DNA from: Paragordius varius
Lineage: Eukaryota; Animalia; Nematomorpha
DNA length: 64,000 bases
Direction: 5' to 3'
Assembly (NCBI GenBank): GCA_964247055.1
Contig: OZ176051.1
Location: forward strand, 10,292,001 to 10,356,000
Shown here piece after piece: positions 12,703-26,634 of this stretch. The notes beneath the pieces are model-generated. The model did not search any database. It saw only the letters and a program-made list of their open reading frames with translations, and was not told the DNA's origin. The position numbers were made by a program, and so were the translations under genes. The first letter of the stretch is position 1. Every line of letters begins with the position of its first letter.

Positions 12703-12984
12703 TACCATTTACAGTTCAAATTCACCCTTGAACAATTCAAATTTACCCTGGAACAATTTAAATTCACCCTAAAATAAATCAGTTGTTTTAAGATTAAAAA
12801 TTACCCTTTTTTAATAATATTTTTAAAATAATATGAAATTCTGTTTAAAATTAATGTAATGTGTAAAAATATATTTCATTTTAATGATGATATCCGAAAA
12901 GACATAATTTATTTTTTGGGTGAATTCGAATTGTTCAGGAGTGAATTTGAATTGTTCAAGGGTGAATTTAAATCGTAAATGGTA
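12703..12984. mobile_element. MITE (family B) with about 75-bp TIRs containing ttcacccttgaacaattc subrepeats
   Basis: Left TACCATTTAC..aattcacccttgaacaattc is the reverse complement of right gaattgttcaagggtgaattt..GTAAATGGTA. TA on both flanks. Second copy at 23726-24030. Confidence 0.75.
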
Positions 12985-14149
12985 TATTATAATAAATTTT
13001 AAATTTTATCTTTCTTTTTTTGGGATGAAGGTAGAAGGAGGCGCAAGCCTCTTTTATTTGGTGGAATGTGAACAAAAAAATGTTGGGAACCACTGGCATA
13101 AAGGGTTTGGTCAGTTATGATATTAATTTCGACTTGTCACAGTTTATAAAAAAACAAAAACTTAATAAAATACAGTGCTACCGCCCCTTCTCATTTTCTA
13201 ATTAACAGTGCATATAAATTATTTCGCTTATCTTGAAATCTCATGTACTTTCCCGATTTTTAAATAAGGCTATAATTTTTTGGTTACATATTTAATTGTT
13301 TGATCGAAAAAATAATTTATTTTATAATCAAAGGTTCAATTTATTATTTTTTAAGAAAAAGATTTAGATGCGGATAGTGACCCATGTATTTTTCTAACAA
13401 TCGGAGTTTATATTTATGGCGTGATTTAAATTAATGCAATATAATGAATGGTATAAAATAAAAGGATTATTTTAATGTTTGAGGGTACTGCAACCGATTT
13501 GAACAGTTATTTTAATTTGGGTTTGTTAGACACAAAAACCTTTTGTGTGGTTATTTTTAAATATATTTTATGAATTTTTATAGATTGGCGTACCAATAAA
13601 ACACTTGCATAAAAACGTTATTCGATAGAAAATAGCCCTACTACACCTTAGTTATTCTACTATAAGGTTTTTTTAACACATTAAATTTCATCACAGCGCA
13701 GAAAAATATATAAATTAGCATTTATAATCAATATATCTTTTTTTCGGTTGTGAATTATAAATTAGAGATTATCGATATTAATGTTTGAGTATCGCGCTTT
13801 AATTAAAATTTGTATAGGACTTTGAAATATTGAAGCATGTAAAATTCTGGAACAAAATACATCAATTTTATAAAAATGATTCTATTCATAAATTTTTTAG
13901 TGGTTAATAGAACATAATCGGTTGTTCCTCTATATTGTCATTTAAGATATTAACATATCGTTTATTAATTGGAATATTTTGTGCTATCGAAATCCTTGAT
14001 TGATAAATTAGATATGTTATAACAAATAAAACTATACATAGCGGTGGGTATATTGTTTTAATAAATATAAATCCATTAGATGATTAAAACTCTTATTCTG
14101 AAATTTTTCCAAACATCTTTGTTTATAATCATCTATTCTGTTCATTATC

Positions 14150-14720
14150 GAAAAGCGAGATTAATGTAATTTAAAGGATTTTTGTGCCCTCTCACCTAGA
14201 GTCTATGGACTTGTTATAATTGATGGTAAAAATATTAAGTGGTCAATAATCCGGTTAATTTAGAATATTCATACTTTAACCTCATGTCTCTCAAACATAT
14301 ATTGACCACAGGGAGAGTTGGACTTATAAACAGCGATTTAAAGATTCAAGCCTTTTTGTTAGCCATAAAGGGTTACAATGACTCACAGTTTTAATACTTC
14401 GTGGGTGTAAAATTTATTGATTATTAGTGGTTTGATCATTCAAGGTCCAGGTGCATTGGAACGTAAAATAATTTGACATTTGGTAACTTGGTTTGCGCTT
14501 TGTTTCATTTTGGATAAATTATTTTGCATCTTTTTCCAAAATAAAGATGGATTATTGGCATTAATGGTCAGCCCAGAATCCTTCCTTTTTGATGTTCGCT
14601 AAAGCGAAAAATTTTAACGGCCGTTTCAACTGTCGAAACAGTTTCACATGTATCTTTATGCTATGAAAGCATTTTTCACACGCTAAAACGTATACTGGCT
14701 AAAAATTTGGGATTAGACTT
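14150..14720 (-). pseudogene. Tigger/pogo (DDE_1) transposase relic
   Basis: Frameshifted minus-strand peptides SLFWKKMQ..CQIILRSNAPGP*MIKPLIINK and LIFLPSIITSP*TLGERAQKSFKLHY resemble Tigger GLFWKxMP..LLLxxNAxGxxKLKPLxI and FLPPNTTSxLQPLDQGxIxSFKxHY. Confidence 0.55.
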
Positions 14721-15333
14721 GAAGTAATTATTTGGTTTGAATCTTAAACCTGGTTGAAATAAACTTTTATTTGAATTGTCCGTTTACGACACATTCTATA
14801 TTTAATCACCGAGCCATATAATATGTTCATTTTTTGTCTATTTTATGATTACATTACTAGAATAAGATGCATTTTGCCATGATCAATCGTAAAATGATGA
14901 GTTTGGTTGATTTTAGTAAAGTTTCTATGCCTATAATAACCTCCAAAAAAATTTATAAACATAATTTGCGCGAATTTTGCCATTTTAGATGCGAAGCACT
15001 TACCACAGAAATGTAAAAAATATTCTTAAATCACATAATGGCTAAAACCAAAATCATCATCATAAATCATACATTTTTGCATCCCAATATATATATATAT
15101 ATATATATAACTAATGCTATATATATTTGTTTGTGGAGACTGTGTAAGTTGCCCATTTTAAACGAATTTCATTGTTTAGAGGCGACATATTAAATCACTT
15201 CTATATAAAGTTTTGATATATTTTAGTATTTTTTGCGAAGCATTTTTGAGAAACAATAGCAAATGGGCAAATTTTTCCATTGTTGGATAATTTTTTAACA
15301 ATCACTACCTTTTTACTTGTTAACATATTGGAG

Positions 15334-17664
15334 CAGTGGTACTCACCAAAAAAATTTACGTGCCAAATTAAATATATTTTTTTTCGAGGGCCATGAACTT
15401 TATAATGGCAAATATCCTATAACTATTTGCACATATTTATACTTTAAATTAGCACAATGATTTTTTTGCGGATGTAATCCAGCTAAAAACTCGTTTTTCA
15501 CCATTTAGTTTAAAAAATTAAAATATTTTAATAACAACATTTATTTTTATATTAACCAATAATTTTTGACAAATTTGGTTTCTCCTCATGACAGGCCAAT
15601 ATCAATACGTCGTCCATATAATCATCGGTTAAATGATTTCTGTATGTATTCTTGACATACTTCATCTTTGAATATGCCGTCTCAAATGTGTAAGGGTAGG
15701 GAAAAACAGTTAGGATAACTTGAGCACATTTTTTTATACTTTCATATTTATTTGGCATTAAAACTCTACATATATTTCTACTCACGATTCTCCTTGAATA
15801 TAGCCTCCATATTGGAATCATTTTTAAAATCTACGAATTTTTCAATGATAGCACCTGATCAAAACCGAAATGCTCAAGTTGCTTAATATTGGATAGATCC
15901 ATATGCCAGGGATTTTCAATATTTTAAGCAACTTTTAATATTTCTTTATTCCTGAACTCTGAATTTCATCTCATCAGATAAAATTAAATAATTTTCTATG
16001 ATTAATTTAATTTCAATTACCATATTGGGTTATTATTTTGCTCCCTTGACTTGTATTTAAAATACTAAGTTTATAAGTAATGTCACAAAGGTAGGCTATA
16101 AAACCCACCATTTATCACTATTAATTTCCTCGTCAAATTTTCTGTTATCCTTTATAAATAATATCATGTTTTAAAAGAAAAAATCTATTTAATACTTTGC
16201 TAAGGCTTAACCATCTTACAGTGGTATACAAAAGAATATCATCAAACTCACTGTGGATATCTTTCAGAAGGTTTTTGAATTTACGGCGGTACACTCTGCC
16301 CCTGTTGTTTACTATATCCACAACCGTTTTAAATTACTGAATTTAGCATTCATCTTTTACACTCGAAACCAGGTTTTGCTTATGAGTAAAGCAGTTAAAT
16401 GATCAAATATTTTATATTTGTTTTTCAAAAGAGGAATAAATCCTTTGTTTCCAATCATAGAGGAACAGCCATCTGTGCAGATCGAAACCAATTTTCTCAT
16501 AGATATACCATTATTATCGAAAAAAGGCTAATTATTCGAGAAAATAACTCTCTTTCGTGGTATTATATATTGGTAAAAATAATAAATATTTTTCGTTGAT
16601 TATGTTGTCGTTGCAAAATCTCACAAGAGCGCACACTGAGGAGCTGACCAATATCAGTGCTAGAATCAATAGCGATACTAAAATATTTGCAGTTTTTTCA
16701 GAGCCAATAAATATATTTAGATAATGCGTCGAGCACATGTTGAATCAGAAAGTTTAAGTTTTTAATTGCCTCATGATTTGATCTTTACTATGTATTTATT
16801 AAATAAAAAAGTGCAACCATTTATTAGACATTCTTTTATTAATTGGCAATCAGTAAACGGTTTCATATTTTTTCCTAAAATATAGCAAATTCCATACGAA
16901 GCTAATGTTACAGCTTTTTCCTGGTAGCTATGGACATAATAGATTTTTCTTCCTGATGTAATTCCTTAATCTTTTAACATTTTTCGTTTCTTTCCTTATG
17001 ATTTTCTGGTTTGTGAGAATGATGGATTGTAAAATGTCTTTCAATATTGTATTTTAATTAGTGTCCTTACATATAAGCCAGGTGACATTTTTATTTAAAA
17101 AGACAAAAAAATTTTCTTCCCATTCTCTTTTTAAACGGAGCGATTTTCTCGGATAATTTACGTTTTCCAGCATTATATGTCATCCTTTAAATTTATGTTT
17201 AAATATTATGTAAATATCTTCAAAAAAATGGGAATATAATTTGAATTATGCAATAAAAAACAGATTAAAATTTAATGATGTGAGTTATATAAAATTATGC
17301 AGGATAGCAATGAAAGAATAAGTATATGCAAATTTGGGTGAAAGGATTGCTTAAATACAAAAAAGGAATGCAGTAACAAAATAGAAAAGAAAATAATGCA
17401 GATACAAAAACAACGTGTTCCAAAATTTTGAAATCATTTTAATGTAGGAAAATTTTTCTACATTTTAAATTGTGTAAAAATAAAAATCATTAAAATTAAA
17501 TCTAAATAAAATAAATTAATATTGAAATAAGCGAAAATCCGATAATGTGTATTTTAAGATTTCATCAAAAAAATAATAATTTTAGTATCAATATGGTCAT
17601 AGGGCAATTTTAAAGCACTCTTAGGGCCGCATGCGGCCCGCGGGCCGCGGTTTGAGTATCACTG
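15334..17664 (-). mobile_element. Full-length decayed hAT (Charlie/SPIN/GTF2IRD2-type) DNA transposon, 2331 bp
   Basis: TIRs CAGTGGTACTCA / TGAGTATCACTG, a perfect 8-bp TSD TATTGGAG (15326-15333, 17665-17672), and a subterminal gggccgcatgcggcccgcgggccgc palindrome. Confidence 0.92.
15552..17185 (-). pseudogene. hAT transposase pseudogene inside the 15334-17664 element
   Basis: BED-like start (KRKL..FKREWEE..KYNIERHF), catalytic region (DSSTDI..LVRFCNDNIINEKYLLFLPI) and hAT dimerisation domain (FETAYSKMKYVKNTYRNHLTDDYMDDVLILA), with several frameshifts and stops. Confidence 0.85.
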
Positions 17665-18198
17665 TATTGGAGTATTCATAATTTTTGTAGTTAATCCACT
17701 TTTGAAACTAGTTAAATTTTAATCAATCAGTGCTCATGCGGCAAAAAAGTTTGAGATGAGGCTTTACATACTATGTTACCTTTTTTAAAATAAATTTATA
17801 ACGCTTATAACGCCTAAAAGCCTAAAGAAAGCATATTTAATTCGGCTTAATACCTTAAATAAAAATTGAAGTTTCAAATCAATCTTGGATATTAAACTAC
17901 TCCAAATGGTAGAAGATACTAAGGTAGGGTCTGAATAAACATTTTCAAAATTCCTAAATATATTCCCCTTGTGTACCTATTTTTCATTTAATTTTTCTGT
18001 GCACTATATATTTTAGTTTAAAAACATTAAAATAATGATATTCTTATTGTTTATAAATATGCCTATTATCGAATACATTTAAGAATCTGTTAGTGGTGTT
18101 TTTTTGTAAAACTGATATTCATATATTTATGATATATAAATATGCCAAAAAAATCGATTTATTTTTGAACATGCTACTAATGTTTTTCTGTAAAATCA

Positions 18199-19365
18199 AT
18201 GAGGTTACCACTCCCAGCCGATACTGAAGAATTAAAGGAAATTTTCGAAAAAAATGACCTTAACGAAATAAAAAAAATAAAATTTAAGCTTAACCAAAAC
18301 ATAGAAGAAAGCAATGATGTCTTGCGAAACACTGTGGGGTATATTAACCTTCTATATTAGCAAACGCTACCAAGAACTGTTATATTCAGCTTTAACAGTA
18401 TCTAATCTTCGTGATAAATCCTTAGCAGTATAATTTTTTATTAATTAGATGGTGCAAGGTATCGAGTCGTTGTCCGATAAAGTTAATACGGTGTTGAGAG
18501 AAGCGCTGATTGTAAGCGAAAAGACATGGTAATTTTATATGTAACAAAAGTCCCCAATTCATTATAACTAATGATGCCTTAAAGAATTATTTGATGCAAA
18601 TTAATTTTTTGTTATTAACCGCCAAAGAGCATATTGATTATATATTCATATATAAAATGTTATCAGATTTTATATATCAATCTTATGCAAAAGATCTAAA
18701 AGCAGATGAAAAAGAATTATGGATTACCGAAAGGACAATAAAGACTTTGCATCATAGAATTTTTAAGGTTAATCACATTATAAATTTTTAGATTTTTAAA
18801 TCTAACATTGTTGATCAATTGATATCTGACGAAAAAATTTACACTTATCTATGCTTTCTTGCTATCATTGATAAATCTTTTTTAAAACCAATTGAAACTT
18901 TTTTGAACATGTCGTTTCAACACATCAGTGAACAATTTAGTTCTATCAATTTTATCACTTACAAAGTATTACCTAAAAATTTTTATTTAATTCATATCCA
19001 ACTTAACAACACTTAATATATATTTGAAGATCAATGAATTTTGGGTGTTTTTCCATCAAACTCTCATCCGTGTAAAAAAACTTTTAGTAATAGAACGTAT
19101 CACCAATATCTCAAATGTGTTACTACCAAATAATTTAGCGATTTCGGATATTTTATCCAAAATTGGAATTTCGAAACAGGATCATCCTTTAGCTGTCGCA
19201 TTTAAACTCTTTTTAAATGATAAAATGACGGATTACAAAAATTTAAAAGCGTTACATGACAATAAAAATCTGAATGATAACGAAATTGGCTTTGTACATG
19301 ATTGGATAAAACGGTTATACAAATTTTTTATTTTTACGTGAGTCATAGATCCAATTATATTTGGT

Positions 19366-19402
<37 letters not shown>

Positions 19403-22400
19403 CAGGACTTTGATAAACCGCATTTTCTGTTTCTTGAAATTTAGAAACCACCTCGGTTCTATTTTTAATTTCTTAGGAACCAGACCTGTTTTAATTTCAA
19501 ACCTCCAGATTCCGGTTTAACATTTTTAGAACCAGAGAAGCCGATATGTTTAATGGATTGGCTAATTACCAAAATTATTTTTTTTATTTGTTGTTCCTAA
19601 ATCAATTTTAAAAGAAGCAATTATTGTTATATTAATTTTGTAAACACTAATTATAATTTGATGTTACTTAATTATTATATTTTTTTATATTAATCAGTTT
19701 AATATTTCGTACAATCTCAATATAGCATTACAACAATTTTAAAATATAGATCGATATTACATACCTAAAATCAAAGCATTATCAATTACTATTTCACAAT
19801 CTTGATTTCTGTTATTATTTGATGTTAGTATTAAGCCTCTATCTAATTGTTAAGATGAGGCCAATATATTATTGAAATATTTTATATTTTTTACATTAAA
19901 ATATATAAATTATTTAAATTTTTTTTATCATTTAGTGTTTTAGCTTTATTTTACAAGAAAATGGGTGATTATATGTTGAGCGAAGAAAAACAACCCAATG
20001 ATTCAAAGTCGGATTCATCTGTAAAACATCCAAAAGATTTGTTTCCATCAATGATTACAGTTTGTGTCAAGTTCTTATTCGAAAATCAAAGGTTTTTTTA
20101 TACTTGTTTCGGCTAACAATAACAAAATTGTTATATTATATGATTTTTTTTATTGTAAGTGAATAGAATATACTTAACTAGTATATAGTATATATTGTCA
20201 GATAGAATTTTACACTAAAGAGCTTTATATTGGCTCTAAATAGGATTAAAAGGGTATTTTTTATATGCAATAATTACCAATAATTTTGCTTTATACCTGA
20301 GATTCTGGCAAATACGCTATATATGTAAATATTCTAACGTGAAAAATAATTAATAAGGGGGAAAAAATAAACTACTTGTAGCTAAGTTTAAGCCTTGTAT
20401 AGTGAAATATTAATAACAATTCACATGCTATTTTCGTTCCCCTAGAGTTTTTTAGTTAAAAATAATTATTTTTATGGAATTCGAACTTGGCCGAAAAAAT
20501 GAAACCGAATTACTTTGGTGATTTCTAAAATATTAACTGTTTTTAGTAAACGTCAATTTAATCGCTGTGGGAAATATAACTATCCCAAAAGGTAATTGAG
20601 TGTTAAATCATTGCGCGGCACTAACCATATGTTGTCTTAAGAATCATCAGGCATTTAAATATTTTTTATGTTGGAACAACTTTCTTTGATTAGTATATAC
20701 TATTTCTGTAAAGCGAATTGGCTTTATATAACTTATTTTCACCAGCATTTAACGATTATGTTCATCAATCTCTGTGCCCAACTACGCGGAGTAGTAGGAT
20801 GTTACCAATCTCAATGTTGACATGAATGCTTTCACAACATCCCCTTGTTTTAGTAAAATTGCAGGGCAAGTTGATGTTTAATAACTTACTTGGTAAAGTG
20901 TTTAATGATCGATGAAGCATTTCCTGTAGCATACCAAAATCCACATAACCTGATAAACAATATACAATCTTAACTGCTTATCAATTTTCTCCAAATCAAA
21001 GCACAGAATTTCGTTGACAGCTCTCGATATGTGGGCATCGATGAGTAGTGGAAAGTTAAAATAGGTTGAACATGACAAATAAAATTTTTAATGGACCAGG
21101 TTACTTATGGCAATCCAGGAAGGTGGCATCTATATTAATGGTAGCTCTCTGGTCATATAGATTTTTGGAGCAGTATTTCATTAAAACCAAAAATAAATAT
21201 TAACATACATAGGAAAACTTTTCACAAGTTTTTGTTAAAAAATAATCGTTGTTGTTTGAAATCATGTAGGAATGCCTATTTTAGCATGTAATACCTCAAT
21301 TTGGTAGTTTTTAAAAAAGTGCAACTTGGTTTTGGTAGTTTTAGCTTGAAGCTCTTATATTTGATGGGAATTCATTATTCACATTTTTTAGAAAAAAACT
21401 TTTATACGGATAAAATAATTAATGTATTAAAAACTAAATTTTTGTTACAGAGTCTGGGAATCAACATGTCAATCTCTTCGATTAACAAACCGAGTGTTTG
21501 AAAATGAATGCAAAATTAATGATAAAAATATATTTTTTGAGAACATCTCACTTGATCCGGGGAATGTTATAACTAGTATTATTATACCCCAAGCTATTTC
21601 ATCATTGATCGATGCAACAAATTCCTATTTACAAGCTCAAATAATAAACACACAAAATAATCTTGCCAAATTAGATAAAGGTACTTTAATTTTATTTTTA
21701 TTCACTATAGATATTTTTAAAACGGTAATCCTCTCATATCATAATTACTTAAATCATGTTAAACAAAAACGCATAATCGCATATGTAACATTTTTACAAA
21801 TAACTTTAAAACAAATTTTTTTGAAAAAAATTTTTTATAATAGATAATATATATTAACATATTATAAAAATTAAATATTTTATTTCTTGACTATATCTTA
21901 CAAAATATATAAAATCACAAAAACTTTAATTTGTAGATAGTTTCACACAATTTTTATCGATTTCATTGAAACTTTTATCTGATTGATTTTTGGCACTGCA
22001 TTCAAAAAAATAATGAAGAAGACATTAAATACATACACAATTAACTGTTTTAAAATCACTAATTATTAGATTCCTTTGAATGCGAAAATCTAGTAAGCAT
22101 AAAATACAATTCGGACTTTTGGTCAAATTTATCGCCCGTGCAATTGATTCTACCCAAATATAGCTGGGATTTAGTGAAGCATGATATATTATCCAAAAAC
22201 GAAAATAAAAAATATAGTGCTTCCTTTGAACACACATTCCAACATGTTACCAAGTAATTTATGTTTGTATTTATTTGATGATTTTAACAAATTTTTGCAT
22301 CATGAATGTTGAAATTATATTACTCGTGAATAGTAAATACGTGTTGCAAAAATATATTTTTTTTAATTTATCGGATTTATAGATGAATTTGTTCCTAAAA

Positions 22401-24637
22401 ACGAGTGTTAATATTATAAACAAAACTTTCCCAATAATTGCGGTTTTAGTTTTAGTCTTGAGTTCTACCAAATATTGGCTACTTTTAAATGTATTGTCCA
22501 CACCTTGTTCTTTTCAGCCTCTTCACATAAATCTCATAATGTGACCAAAATAGAATACTTTAAGGCGAATGGACTTGGCAAGCAACATTTCACGGTTGAT
22601 TATACACAGAATTGTATTATTATTTGTCGACCATTTTATTTGAAGAAATTTTCTATAGAAATTCGGATTTTTTAAAATTCATATACCTTACACCCAAAGA
22701 GAAGATTTTCGTTTTTAAACATTTTACATCATAAGATATCCGAATTATATTGTAATAAATTGTGGTTGTTTTAGTCATAATTTTGCTTTTAACAGATGTA
22801 TAATTTTCGGTCCTATTAAGCTACTGTTTCAAGCGAATGTCCGTTAAAAGCTACTGAATCGCTACCGAATTTTAGACTAATTTATGATACTTTTGTTTTA
22901 GATATCTATCTATAGAGACCATAATTTTTATAAACTATAAATTGTTGCAGTATTGAATTATAATTCTCAAATGCATATCATTTTTTTATTTAATTTTTGT
23001 TGGTATATAGGAAATTGTGTGATACCATTAGCGCTTCCATTGAATTGGTGTTATCCAATTCCAAAGAGCTGTGTGATACTATTTTTTTCAGAAATACATC
23101 AATTTTCGGTATGAATAATCATATCAACAACAGCACAGTAACCAAAACTTCAAATAATGACTTGTCAATTACGATTTGGTATACTACACAATTGGCTCAA
23201 TATGTTTGCCATGGCCTAAGAGATTATATTATCAGGTATATTTACATATAATGAACTCAATCGTGTGAAAATTTATTATTCCTATATCTGTATGACCCGT
23301 TTTTGAAATGAATATAATATTTTACCGATAAACTTGTCAGTTTATGGATAAGTATGTTTAATTTGAGAATATTAACCTAAAAGCTACGAAAATTACTTAA
23401 TATACACGATATTTATAACACTTAAAGCTTATTATTAAAGGGGCAAAATCAAAATTTAATTATTTTTTGGGCTATATATTTTATTTAAACATTTTCAGGT
23501 TAACGGATATATTAATGTCTTATCATCATGTTGACACCGAAAATATTATCAATCACAACAGGTATGTTGTGTTTATACAACTGTATCATTTTTTTGATTT
23601 TTTATATATTTCTTTGTAATATTTAGAGCTACAATATTGATTCGATTGCTAACACAACTTCAACAAACGTTGAATACGTTTAAATGCAAGTACAATATTT
23701 TTACCACATATTACCATGTTTTATATACCATTTACACTTTAAATTCACCCTTGAACAATTCATATTCATTCTCGAACAATTATTCACCCTTATATAAATT
23801 TTGTGTTTTTTAAGATTAAAAATTAGCTATATTTTTCCTATTTTTAAAAAATAATATTTTGTCTAAAATTAAGATAATACTGAAAAAATAATAAGCGATA
23901 AACATTAATTTTATATATTAATAATGAGTTATATTAGCCCGAAAACACATAATTTATTTTTAGGGTGAATTTGAATTGTTCAAGGGGGAAGTTGTTTTGT
24001 TCGAGGGTGAATATAATTGTTTAAGGGTAAATTTTTATTGTTAATGTTATATAAAATTATTTCCTCAGTATATATTTATAATGAATGTTAAATATCTTTA
24101 AAGTTATAGTTCTACAATCAATAATAATTGATATATATGAAACTTTTATTTTATTTAGCACTGTCGAGGAAATTTTTCACAATCTTATTCCATTCCATAT
24201 GCAATTCGACACACACGTGTCTGTTTTGTTTGATAATTTTCATGAAAATAGTGCAAATTATGATAATAAAAACACGTTCGCCGTTGAATATATTGAATAT
24301 CAACTACATCAGGTTTTGTATGAGGATTGGTCCAAATATCAAGCACAAAAGCTATTTAAACAAATTCAATCAAAATTTCATTCCATAATCGAAGAAAACA
24401 GTATTTTTGAAGGAGTTAATGTAAAAAATTTATATTATATAGGGTTAGATATTGTTAAGAGTTGGGACTCGATTAAAATTTGATATTACTCTTAAGGCTT
24501 TTTTAAAACATTTAAAAAAATTAGGACTGATATAACAAAAACCATTTTTTAATAAAATCCAATTTTGTTTTTTTGGTTATTTTAGTTTTTTATATATATT
24601 AACAGGTTATAACCATAATGACTGTAATGTTAAACCG

Positions 24638-24682
<45 letters not shown>

Positions 24683-26319
24683 ACAGTCATGGTAAATTAA
24701 ATGTTTTAGCAAAATTCAACCACATCAGTATCATAAATTATAATTACAAAATTTTTTATGTTTTCAAATTCTATGTTTAAGGACCTGGAAGCTTATGTTA
24801 TATCAAATCCTCCGAATAAAGTCAATTTCGAGGAGACATTAGATACAAAATCGGATTCTGTATCGGAAAACAACAGTATTCAAGAAAAGGGTTTTAAAGA
24901 TTCTAGTATTGGAATTAATAATAGCAAAGTATACATATATCTCCCTAAAACATGTTCATTATGGATTCAAGAGTTGTTGGCTAACATGAATAATGAAATT
25001 TATGAAGCATTTGACTGGCAATATCTTGGGTGAGTAACCTTTTTCTCTTGCTTTTTACTTCAAAATAATTAATACCAAATAAGTTTATTAAATTGGAAGA
25101 CACTAAGTATACATGTTGTTGACACATTTAACTGATTTTTTTCGGGGCATTTTCATAAATAGGAATAATCCCAACAACTTCTGTACACCCGTAAATGAAT
25201 ATTTTGAATGTCATTTTTTAACTTTATTTTTTGGATTTTTGAGACAAAATTAATGTAAATATGTTTGCGGCCATTTTGCATTTTATCACACTAGAAAATT
25301 AAAAAAATGAAAACAGAAAACTTTTTGAGCGACAAATGTTATTTCGTGCTTACTATTGTTTTTAGCAGGCTCACATCGTTTTGATTATTTTTATATTGTT
25401 ACCCTTTTCAGCATGCTCATTCTTAAGCCTTAAAATAAATATTATACCATATGCATTACGTAAAACTATAAAAGACTAATAAATGCTATAATTACATTTC
25501 ATTATTTGTGTGATGCAGGGCAATAAATTTATTTTTCATCGCTTAATGCGATTTAGATTGAAAGTTATTGGAAATTATAAAAAAGTTTAGAGTTAAGCTT
25601 TAACCTTAAAAAACCATTATTATAGCCTTGTAGATTGGGAATAAATTTGTTTGAATTCATAATGTGATTATAAATATTATATTATAGATCAAATATGATG
25701 GAGATATTAAAGAAAGAAGTAGCCAAAGCTTTTATAATTGAATTTACTACCCGATTCGAGCATTTAACACCAAATGCTCTGCTTCAAACTGTCGCGCTTC
25801 AGTGTTATTTTGATTTAGTGATCATGGAACACTTATTTGGAGTCAAAAAATTCCCAGAATTATACAATAAAGTAATTGTTACTTTACAACAAGGGTGTCT
25901 AACACGCGGGCCGCATACCACCCCCCCAAACCCTATAAATACCAAACACGAAATATATAGATTTATATTTTTAATAAGTTTTTGCGATGAAGTAGCCAAA
26001 ATTGTTAATATAAATAGTAGTTTTATTGTCTTCTCGTATCTTTGTTTAATAGCTAATTAAAATTTTATTAATGCCAAAATATTTTTCTAATGCGGCACCT
26101 CGGTATTTTTGAGTTAAAAACGAAGATATATGTTTTTCGACACCCCTGTATTAGAATAAATTTAAATTATATTAATGTTTTATATTTATTTTACAGTTTA
26201 AACAAGCAAAACAAATACTAATTGAAAACCATATCGATGCCCTTGAATACGAGTTAATTAGTGAAAGATTGCAAACAAACGTGATTTGCAATATATCAAA
26301 GTTCTCTCATGCATCCTAA
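18199..26319 (+). CDS. COG1: Conserved oligomeric Golgi complex subunit 1; middle exons only partly resolved
   Basis: 5' exons 18199-18338, 18361-18427, 18449-18528, 18551-18767, 18792-18967 give ..EIFEKNDLNEIKKIKFKLNQNIEESNDVLRNTVGKRYQELLYSALTVSNLR (Vps51/COG1 N-terminal domain). 3' exons give LPKTCSLWIQELLANMNNEI, QTVALQCYFDL and IENHIDALEYELISERL (last exon 26197-26319), matching the COG1 C-terminus. Confidence 0.85.
22050..22600 (-). pseudogene. Possible pogo/Tigger-like relic in a COG1 intron
   Basis: Minus-strand NTFKSSQYLVELKTKTKTAIIGK loosely resembles the CENP-B/Tigger FKASxGWLxRFK motif. Heavily decayed. Confidence 0.3.
23726..24030. mobile_element. MITE family B, copy 2 (COG1 intron)
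   Basis: Same TACCATTTAC..ttcacccttgaacaattc left arm and gggtgaatttgaattgttcaaggg right arm as 12703-12984. Confidence 0.7.
24643..24678. repeat. (TA)n microsatellite
   Basis: About 18 TA units. Other TA runs lie at about 15089-15108, 19370-19400 and 39888-39908. Confidence 0.9.
25890..26148. mobile_element. hAT-type MITE in the last COG1 intron
   Basis: Ends CAAGGGTGTCTAAC / TTCGACACCCCTG with gcgggccgca and tgcggcac subterminal motifs. TSD degenerate (5/8). Confidence 0.55.
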
Positions 26320-26634
26320 TATAATATTAATGAACACTTTGCAATGTTTTTATTTTACGGATTTTATTAATTTATTTTGTCATAAATTTATAGATATATA
26401 GTTAAAATTATCGGGTTTATTTAAATATATGTAATATATAAATAAATTTTATTAAATTAATTATATGTGAACATTGCAGATAAATACATTTAAAGGATAA
26501 TTTTGGCTTACATTGTATTTAAAATTTGAGATGAGGTGTGTAAATTTGCATTTTTATCCATAAATAGAAGTTAATCATATAGGTTAAAAATTTATGTAAT
26601 ATATTTGCATATTATTAAAAGTAAATAATTAATA

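Noticed and set aside
24687-24727. Possible 18-nt intron and tiny exons in the middle of COG1
   Set aside because: I could not build a consistent frame, so it is left unresolved pending RNA-seq.
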